A DNA stretch of 45,659 nucleotides from Octopus bimaculoides (Eukaryota). Below the pieces are notes generated by a model. The model was not told the origin of the DNA, ran no database searches, and worked only from the letters and a program-made list of their open reading frames with translations. The stretch lies in NCBI RefSeq assembly GCF_001194135.2, contig NC_068981.1:4580263-4625921 (forward strand), in the 5' to 3' direction. This document shows, one piece after another, positions 36,214-45,659 of this stretch. The position numbers were made by a program, and so were the translations under genes. Numbering within the stretch: position 1 is the first letter of the stretch; each line of letters begins with the position of its first letter.

Positions 36214-36415
36214 GGCATATGATGTAGTGGTTAAGAGCACGGGCTACTAACCCCAAGATTCCAAGTTCGTCAAAAAATACCTTAAGAATGAGAACCCAAG
36301 TTCGAAATTTCCTCAAGACACCTGATGAAGGCTGGAGGGTATATCAGCTGAAACATTGTGTTAACAACAAACAAGATGAGGACAAATATCTGTCAAATGT
36401 AAATAATGTAAATAA
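36214..36415 (+). mobile_element. Family D copy D4: tRNA-like head plus body; hammerhead motif at 36317-36362
   Basis: ggcatatgatgtagtggttaagagc...aagttcg, a ~50-nt deletion relative to D1, then the body; joins a family B 3' part at ~36412. Confidence 0.8.
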
Positions 36416-36799
36416 GTACCAGTTGGGTACTGGTGTCAATGTAATTGACAAGACTACCCCCCTCTCCGAAACTGCTGGCCTATGAAACCAATAATTAGTG
36501 TATTTAACTACAACCTAAGCATTAAGGAAACATATAAGAGAATACAAAAAAAAAAGAAAATCTCTATTTTTATAATTTTAATATTTTCTTTCCCCTTGTA
36601 ATTATATTTTCTTCTATAATACTTCTTTCCTTGCAACAAATATATTAAAAGAATTACTTTTTCGCGTGTAATTTGTATCTTTTAAAGGATATTTTTAACC
36701 TGTTTTTTTTTCTTTTTTTGTGTGTCATGTTCAGATATAGAACATTAACAAAAAATGTTGTTGGAACTTTAATTAATCTAATCAATCTGCTCTCATACC

Positions 36800-36934
36800 T
36801 ACATACACACACACATACATACATACATACATAGTTATGCATACACACACACACACACACACATACATACATACATACATACATGCATATATATGTATAT
36901 ATATATATATANNNNNNNNNNGAGAGAGAGAGAC

Positions 36935-37011
<77 letters not shown>

Positions 37012-37584
37012 CACAGACACACACACACTCGCACGTATGCACACGCACGCACGCACGCACGCACGCACGCACACATGCACTCACATCTACACACACACAC
37101 TGCAGTATTGTCATAGTTCAGCTTGAGTGCAGTCACAAACAAAGCATGAATGGAGAGATTCCAAACAATCCTCTTGGCTATTTCCCTCAGCAATTTATTC
37201 TAAAATATTCTTAACTTTCGTTGTTGTCTGCACATAATAACACAATCACGCTAACCCTGTCTATCGCGAGTCTAACGTGTCTGCTGTTGGCGTGTCTATT
37301 AAGACAAGACATCGCAGACGATCAGACGGACGGACGGACGGGCGGAGGGACATGGCACACACACAGGGAGACATTTTCAGAACCAAATTGTTTCAAGAAG
37401 TTAAATATGTTCACCTGAATTGTGATAATGGTGAAATAAGTCTCAACACAAAATACGCACACACACACTCTCTCTCGCTCTCTCTTTCCTTTTGTTACTG
37501 TCTGTCTGTCTCTCTCTCTCTCTTTCTCTCCCTTTGTTACTGTCTGTCTGTCTGTCTCTCTCTCTGTCTGTCTCTCTCTCTCTC

Positions 37585-37615
<31 letters not shown>

Positions 37616-37992
37616 TTCTCTCCCTTTGTTTCTGTCCCTCTCTCTATCCCTTTGTCCCCTCTATTTCATTCTTTGTTTCGTTCTCTCTCTCTCTCTCTCT
37701 CTAACACTCTGTGCCTGTCTCTTCTGTTTATTTCTTTATCTCTCTCTCTCTCTCTCTCTCTCTCTATTACTAACACTGTCTCTCTATCTCTCTGTCAGTT
37801 TTTGTCTCTGTCTTTCTCTTTCTTTCAACTTCACCCTGTAAATCTTTCTTTTTTCTCTCTCTCTCTCTCTGCCTATACCTTTGTCTGCCCTTCATCTTTC
37901 TCTCTCACTTTTTCTCTTTCTTTCTCTCTTCTGTCTCTCTCTCTCTCTCCATTCCACGTCTCTCTCTATTCTGTGTCTTTTTCTATTTCCCC

Positions 37993-38032
<40 letters not shown>

Positions 38033-38060
38033 TTATCTATCTATCTATTCCTTTGTTTTA

Positions 38061-38124
<64 letters not shown>

Positions 38125-38135
38125 TCCCTCTCTGT
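36800..38135. repeat. Microsatellite blocks (CATA, GA, GACA, GATA, CACG) and a long (CT)n tract at 37465-38135, around a unique segment 37100-37445
   Basis: Seen directly. Confidence 0.85.
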
Positions 38136-38936
38136 AAATCTCTACGTTCCTCTCCATCACTCACACACGCAGAGGCAATGCTCTATGATTTTAAATATTC
38201 ATATTTTGGTAAATTTAAAACAGTGAATAAAAAGGTAAACATAAAATGATTAGCCATGAGTGTCAAAGACTGAAGAACACCACAAAGAAAGACCAGACAT
38301 TTTCACAAAATATTCAAATCGGTGAACTTTCCAGAATTGAAAGCAAGGCAAAGATCAAAAACAGGCAGAAGAATTTACCGAATGGTTTTGAATGAAAAGT
38401 GAATAATCTAAGAAAAATATCAAGGAGAAAAATATTTAAATTTTCTTGCAAAATATAAAGAAAACCGTTTGAGGAAAATTCCGAGTAAATAATAAATCTT
38501 AGAAATTGTATATATTTGTGTGTATATATATATATATATGTGAGTAGGGAACCAATTTGGTTAATTTGGACAATTCTGATAGGATTCAAACTAGACACCA
38601 GAGTTAATAAGGATGGTACAATATATGGTTAAGAAGTATGGCACTTTGGGCTTGTGTCTTCATCTACAGCCACAGGCTAACTAAAGTCTTGAGAGTGGAT
38701 TCGGTAGGAAACTGAAAGAGTGTAGTGGGTGCTTTTTATGTGCCAGAAATATATATATATATATATATAAATATATTATTAATAAATTATTTTTTGGCTA
38801 ATTTTGAAAGAGAATCGGCATTATTTTTATTTGCTGCCGATAAAAAACTGCGCTTGTGCGGTGGATTTGAAAAATTATAACATGTAAGCACGAGGCATGT
38901 TCTGTATTGCCTACGACTTGTATGTTAATCTTTGGC

Positions 38937-39012
38937 TTTCCTGCTGATGAGAGCTTCGCCTAGCAAATTACTTTATTTTGCTGAAGATAGCTTGAAACCA
39001 TGGTCCAGGAAA
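38937..39012 (+). ncRNA. Type-I hammerhead ribozyme with canonical core and GUC site
   Basis: Stem I tttcctg/caggaaa (7 bp), CTGATGA, stem II GAGCT/AGCTT with inner agcaaa/tttgct hairpin, GAA, palindromic ACCATGGT, C17 at 39005. Confidence 0.8.
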
Positions 39013-39170
39013 TAGATAGTAAATGTCTTTATTTTTCATTCCCTTTTGCAATTACCCCTAATTGTGGTTTGGATTTTAATTACTCCTTCTAGCAGGCTAG
39101 ATATCCAATTATGGCCATCACTTATGTGTTTAAATGTACACTGTATATATAATGAATAATATATATATAA

Positions 39171-39256
<86 letters not shown>

Positions 39257-39924
39257 NNNNNNNNNNNNNNNNNNNNNNNNNNNNNNNNNNNNNNNNNNNN
39301 NNNNNNNNNNNNNNNNNNNNNNNNNNNNNNNNNNNNNNNNNNNNNNNNNNNNNNNNNNNNNNNNNNNNNNNNNNNNNNNNNNNNNNNNNNNNNNNNNNNN
39401 NNNNNNNNNNNNNNNNNNNNNNNNNNNNNNNNNNNNNNNNNNNNNNNNNNNNNNNNNNNNNNNNNNNNNNNNNNNNNNNNNNNNNNNNNNNNNNNNNNNN
39501 NNNNNNNNNNNNNNNNNNNNNNNNNNNNNNNNNNNNNNNNNNNNNNNNNNNNNNNNNNNNNNNNNNNNNNNNNNNNNNNNNNNNNNNNNNNNNNNNNNNN
39601 NNNNNNNNNNNNNNNNNNNNNNNNNNNNNNNNNNNNNNNNNNNNNNNNNNNNNNNNNNNNNNNNNNNNNNNNNNNNNNNNNNNNNNNNNNNNNNNNNNNN
39701 NNNNNNNNNNNNNNNNNNNNNNNNNNNNNNNNNNNNTATGCCCACCTGTCCCTAGTCTCTCTTTAGCCACTTTCTTGTATTTTGAGGGTACACCCTCACT
39801 CCTCCTCTCCATCATCCTTTGTCCCTTTCCTGCTGAGGCAGCCATGTATCTTCTCTAAAGCAAGACACCCGTTCACTTATAAGCTTGAAAATCTTGAACC
39901 ATGGTGAAGATTAAAAGTATCTGG

Positions 39925-40065
39925 TAGAATCATCTGCTCAAATGATCTGATTGAATGGTTTGATTAAGCTATCTGGTAGAGTGATCTGGTAGAGTGATCT
40001 GGTAGAGTGATCTAGTAGCATGATCTGGTCAAGTGATCAGGTAGAGTTTCCTGGTTGAGTGATTT
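39925..40065. repeat. 13-bp minisatellite (tgatctggtagag)n with degenerate flanks
   Basis: Seen directly. Confidence 0.85.
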
Positions 40066-40130
40066 GAATTTAATGTTAATTATAGAAAACAAGGAATTTG
40101 CATTTCATATGTTCAACAATTAGTTGTGGT

Positions 40131-40342
40131 AAGGCAGTAAGCTGGCAGAATGGTTAGCACACTGGGCAAAATGCTTAGCGGCATTTTGTCTGTCTTTACA
40201 TTCTGGGTTCAAGTTCTGCCTAGCTTGACTTTGCCTTTCATCCCTTTCAGGGTCAATAAATTAAGTACCAGTTGTGTATTGGGTCAATGTAATCAATTGA
40301 CACTACTTACTGGTTTTGTACTAAAATTTGAAATCAATAATT
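40131..40342 (+). mobile_element. Family B SINE
   Basis: Matches the family B body. Confidence 0.85.
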
Positions 40343-40494
40343 AGTTCTGGTGTCACTTTGGTCAGCAGAAATCTTTAGGACATTCAATAAAATGCCAGCA
40401 GTTTTTAATAACAGACCTTTACATTCTAAATTCAAATCTTGCCAGGATCAGTTTTGCTTTCCATACTTCCAAGATCAAGAAAATAAACACATCA

Positions 40495-40915
40495 AGCATA
40501 GTTGATGCCAGTGCTGGCTGACTGGTCACATAAAAAGCACCATTGGAGTGTGGTCAATGCCAGTGCCATCTGACTGTTCCCATGTCAGTGGCACATAAAA
40601 AGCACCGTTCGAGCATGGTCGATGCCAGTGCCGGCTGACTGTCCTGTGCCAGTGGAATGTAAAAGGCACCATTCAAGCGTGGTCGATGTCAGTGCTGCTT
40701 GACTGGCCTTCATGCCAGTGACATGTAAAAAGCACCACTACACTCTCAGAGTGGTTGGTGTTAGGAAGGGCATCCAGCTGTAGAAACATTACCAGATCAG
40801 GTTGGAGCCTGGTGCAGCCTTCTGGTTTGCCAGCCCTCAGTCAAACCATCCAACCCATGCCAGCATGGAAAACAGACGTTGAACGATGATGATGATGATG
40901 ATGATGATGATGACA
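40495..40915 (+). mobile_element. Family C element with four ~65-bp VNTR units
   Basis: gcacc unit ends at 40541, 40606, 40670 and 40736, then the common 3' end and (gat)n. Confidence 0.9.
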
Positions 40916-41684
40916 TCAGTCAGCTTAGACATGAACGGAATTATAACAGAAGACATTTGTATTAAGTTGGTTGAAACTGAAGCAGAATTAAATTTTGTGC
41001 CCCTCTCTTTTGCACTTTGGTCAATGAGTACTGGAGCAATTCCATCTGTTAGTACATCATCTAGGAATAGCGAGATTAGTCTTATGACCACAATTAGTCT
41101 CTCACATCTTGGTCATTCCATCAGTGATGTGAAAGACAATGCACTTCTTGGACAATCAATATGTTAATAACACCTATTACAATAAATCTCAAGAAACGAG
41201 CATCTTTAACCTCATTTGGCTTCATTACATGCATTACAGCAAACGAATGTTGTTAGTGGCCATAAATTCTATTTGGAAGTCACTTGCTTTCTCAACCGAT
41301 CACATTACACATTCATCCATGATGTTTCTCATAATTAGACATTTGTAAATAAACCGTTATAACATTGTGTGTGTGTGTGCGTGTGCGCGCGCGCACATCC
41401 ATCCATCCATCCATACATCCATACATACATACATGCATACATGCATACATGCATACACACAGATACACACACACATATAGAGAGAGAGAGAGACAGAGAG
41501 AGAGACAGAGAGAGAAAGAGACAGAGTCAGAGAGAGAGAGAGAGAGAAAGCATAACTCAGGATCGGCCATGCAAGCACATGATATACATTGCAAGAGACA
41601 AATTCCTGCTTCCAGTCATCCATTATTAGTGAGATGTGATCAGAATATGTACTTTGCCATGTTTCCTTTGTGTGTGTGAGTGTG

Positions 41685-41725
<41 letters not shown>

Positions 41726-42010
41726 GAGTGTGTGTGTGTGTGTGAGTACAATATATATATATATATAAATTATGAATAAGGGTATCTAAGAGATACCACC
41801 CTGCTTGAAATAGCAGTCAAAACCTGACTCTAAAACTACATCACAAAGTGAAAAGACAAATAGACAAATAAACTAGTAAAAATTGGATAATCTCACTTGA
41901 TTTGATCATTATTAAAATAACAGTCTTATCCTTATTTATACATATATATAAATATGTATATAATAAAAAACGGGACAGGAACGCAAAACATCCAGACAGT
42001 TAGGTGATGA

Positions 42011-42221
42011 ACCGCCTGACTGGCCCTCGTGCCGGTGGTACGTAAAAGCACCCACTACATTCTCGGAGTGGTTGGCGTTAGGAAGGGCATCCGGCTGTAG
42101 AAACTCTGCCAGATCAGATTGGAGCCTGGTGCAGCTTTCTGATTCGCCAGTCCTCAGTCAAATCGTCCAACTCATGCTAGCATGGAAAGCGGACGTTAAA
42201 CGACGACGATGATGATGATGA
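42011..42221 (+). mobile_element. Family C element, low divergence
   Basis: Nearly identical to 15580-15790. Confidence 0.9.
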
Positions 42222-42444
42222 TATGCACACACATATATAGACAATCACACACACACACACACAGAGTATGAGCAGAACTTTCTTTATTCTCCATAGCCAT
42301 TTGGTGTGGCACCAGTGAACTTAGTCAAGTCGTAATGGTGTCTTCATGTTGCTAATGTCTTATCTTTTCTTATTTCTCAGTTTCCATCATGGTCTGGACT
42401 GGTGCACACCATGCATTTGATGTTGAAACATCTACCAAATAAAC

Positions 42445-42569
42445 CCTCATAAAGCATTGTTTGGCCTGGCCTGGCCTGGGGTTAAGGTAGAAGACCCTTG
42501 CCCAAAGTTCCACACAGGAGGACTGAACTTGAAACCATTTGGTTGGGAATGGTGTTTCTCAACCACATA
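42445..42569 (-). mobile_element. Family A SINE 5' part, diverged
   Basis: Reverse complement of head and CORE-like segment. Confidence 0.7.
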
Positions 42570-44265
42570 CCATAGTTCTTCGAAGATAAGACCTGGTCTT
42601 ATATTAATCTTGCAACCAAAAAACACACTAGGGTTTATTTTCAGGGGGCGTCTTATATTTTTACAAAAAAAGTCCAAGAAAGACCAAAAAGTCTCATCTC
42701 CTTGTGTAAAAGGGAAAAAAATTGTAGAAAGGAAACCCATGTTTTTAGTTATGAAAAGTTTATTTATTTGCTTTTGGTTTTTAGTCAAGTGCAAACATTT
42801 CATCCTCCTCTGGAACATCGTCATGAATCATCAAACTCTGAACTTCAGACTGAATTTCTTGGAAATCCATTTCCTATAGAATCATGGACCCCAATCACTC
42901 ATGTTTGGCAATATAACTTCCCTTAAATGAATACTTTTTGCCCGAGTACCCTGCTTATAGTGCATTGGCAACGCAATTGTTGGTAATATTATTCCATGAA
43001 TTCTTCACCCAATTCACGCCTCTTTGAAGGTTAGGTTTGACAAAAAGTTTCCACACTGATTTCTCTTCCATTCTATGTTCGGTATATTCATCCATTTCCA
43101 TCTGCAAATAATCCTTGAAGGGCTTGTTTATTACAAGATCTAATGTTTGTAGGTAAGAAGTCATTCCTGCGATAATCATTATGTGGTTAATTCTTCTTTC
43201 AGAAAGGAAGGTTTTCATATCTTTTGCGAGATGAGTACTGGCCAAATCCTAGACTAAAAGACCTCTTTGAGAACCACATAAAACAAATGGCATGGTTAAA
43301 TCAACTCATTTTCTTATAACAGTTTGTGTTCACCGAGCCTTTTCCGTTTCAAGGGCATAAATGCCCAAAACTCGTTCTGTTTTCTCTTTTTTTGCCCTTT
43401 GTGACAATAAATGGTGGGACTTTTTTTCTATCAAGATGAATTGCTCAAATACAAGTAACTTTTGCACTTTTGTAATCTGTTGAGGCAACATAGATTGACA
43501 AAGTAACATACATTGACAAGTCTCATCCCTGGCAATTATACTGGAGAGATTGTATTTAGAAAAGTTGATGCCATCTCCAAAAGACTTGAATGCAAGTGAG
43601 TGCACATTGAATCACTTCAGCATCCTCCAGCTTGAACAGTGTTGTTGATCTTCAACTTGTATCACTGAAGGAATTTATCCAGCCAATGAGATGATGCTTT
43701 GAATATCTCTGGGAGGTATATCCAACTGTGGTACCATTGCAAGAACAAATTCTTGAATATCAGCCCTGCATACAACCAAAGCCTTTGTTCTTCTGTCAGT
43801 AATCCATCCCCAGGTGATATCTTCCAGCTAACGGTTGTCGACCTGATCCACACTTGAGTTTCTTAGCATTTCCCTCATCCACCCGTCTGCTGAGATTTTA
43901 CTCACCTCACCATTTTCAAACCATTCGGAGATCCAACATCTTCTCCTTACAGAAAGCCGTCAGATTCTTGTTATGTGACTCTTCCACAATTCCTTTTCTT
44001 GTACTCCACGGAATAACTCTACCTTTTTTGCACTGGGGAACAAGGGAGTCAAGCCATGAAAGTGAACTCCATGCATGCACACTTAGCACAGACTTTAGCC
44101 AAACTGAGGTAATTGGTTTATTTTGCAAACATCGCATGGTCTTGCTAACAAGCTGATGCATTTTTGACTAGGTCTTATTTTAGGGCAGGGCTTATATCAA
44201 AAACATCCTGAAAAATCATGGTAGGGCTTATTTTCAGAGTAGGTCTTATTTTTGGGGAAACACAG
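42570..44265 (-). mobile_element. Near full-length degenerate pogo-superfamily transposon (DD35D)
   Basis: Diverged 24-bp TIRs (ccatagttcttcgaagataagacc / ctgtgtttccccaaaaataagacc) each flanked by TA; DDE_1-like LLV*DLASTH...GMTSYLQTLDLVINKPFKD with 35 residues between the last two Asp; multiple stops. Confidence 0.85.
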
Positions 44266-44703
44266 TATATGTATGTATGTACATACATATCCAAACTTGC
44301 ACATGTACACACACATACACAATCTCTAAATTTGCTTCACCACACATAATCGTGAAGATATGATGTAAATAAATCACCATAAGTCCACATTCTTACCTCA
44401 GTTTCTACTTGGCAAGCGTCCATAGCCCTTCTGTTGTCAATTCTGATTTTCATTGCAATTTACTGTGTTTTGAGGTCATTTTGCTCTCACGTTTTTTATG
44501 ATAAACTGCATGGTTAACCTTGTACTTATTTTCATTTTAGGCATTCCTTTGACATTGGTCCACAGAGCGTCAGTGCAAGGAAATGATGTCATTCACCCTC
44601 TTTTTCAATTTAGCCTTTTTATTAATGTCATGAGGAAATGTTTTGTGGGTGAATGATGTCATGTATCAATATCAAAGGATTGCTTCATTTTATACATAAT
44701 ATA

Positions 44704-44756
<53 letters not shown>

Positions 44757-44770
44757 CACACACACACATA

Positions 44771-45633
44771 CAGGGTGTGGTGAATAAACTGTCATCTAAA
44801 TTACACAAAAGTTAAAATAACATTAACATCTCATTGTAACGGATATATTTACCAAGATTGCATAAAAAAATTCTTGAAATACTAAACAGTAAATTTATTA
44901 AAGAAAAAGTGGCATTGGCTTCAACCATGGCCTCCAGATGACTTCGGAATCTCCTGCAACTCTTCTGGACAGTCTCCTCGTTTAAGTTGCTGTGTATGGC
45001 CAAAATCCTTGCCTTCAGTTCATCTTTGGTGTTACAAAGAGTTTTGTTTGTCTCTCACTCAACTGTGCCCCACACATAATAATCAAGGGGGTTGCAGTCT
45101 AGGGAGTTAGGTGGCCAGATGTTAGGGGTGATGTGGTTGCAGAAATTGTCTGACAACCACGACTGGGTTCTCCTGCATGTGTGGCATGGTGCAGAGACCT
45201 GTTGCCAGACATAGGGTCTTCCAGCAGCCACCATTTTGACCCAGGGCAGCACTATCTCCTCCAGGCGCTTGATGTAGGCCTCCATGTTGAGTCTGAGGCT
45301 GTATGGGAAGATGAATGGAGGCATAACGTCACCATCATTGGTGATCCCTCCAAACACCATGAGGTTGACTGGATGTTTGGTTTTTATTACTGTCCTCAGA
45401 CTGACACCCAAACACTCTGAAATGTTCCTATTGGAGCTTCCGCCACGAATGCCAAGCTGTACAACTTGTTGTTTCCAAATTTCTGGCAGAGTTAATTGCG
45501 TTATGGTGCTGTTTCTCACACAGATGGTGCCCAACTGCCCCTACCATACTGTGTAGTAGATAAAATCAAACAAATATTGCGTATGCGTGAAATTAAAGAT
45601 ATAAAATGGCGACAGCTTACCCATTGCACCCTG
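44771..45633 (-). mobile_element. Internally deleted DD37D (maT/mori-type) Tc1/mariner element
   Basis: cagggtg-initiated TIRs at both ends; MVFGGIT...WQQ(V)SAPCH-37 aa-NPLDYYVWG; second catalytic Asp read as Val. Confidence 0.85.
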
Positions 45634-45659
45634 TGTGTGTGTGTGTGTGTGTGTGTGTG

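Noticed and set aside
620-41679. Dozens of long ORFs in the supplied track (HTHT, CVCV, YIYI, LSLS, poly-M/I/D, poly-X)
   Set aside because: They are translations of microsatellites or N gaps, with no domain content

Overview
Repeat-dense, AT-rich eukaryotic DNA from a gapped draft assembly. The SINE families and microsatellite load point to a cephalopod, probably Octopus; this is inferred from recognising repeat families, not from a search. I find no supportable host protein-coding exon, and almost all listed ORFs are microsatellite or N-gap artefacts. Recognisable content: three abundant SINE-type families (A, CORE-like; B, Nin/Deu-like; C, VNTR body with an RTE-like (GAT)n tail); relics of RTE and HERO-type LINEs, Penelope-like elements (PLE), mariner, pogo (DD35D) and DD37D transposons; MITE/foldback elements; and many micro- and minisatellites. 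The standout signal is about ten minimal type-I hammerhead ribozyme (HHR) motifs from several unrelated sequence families, nearly all with a palindromic stem III. One looks fully canonical (38937-39012). Four others belong to a tRNA-headed element (family D) that at 35.8-36.4 kb directly follows a PLE GIY-YIG C-terminus and at two loci shows PLE-style inverted 5' copies. This suggests a Pol III-headed, ribozyme-bearing, PLE-mobilised SINE-like element. All structure calls were made by eye and need covariance-model and cleavage tests.
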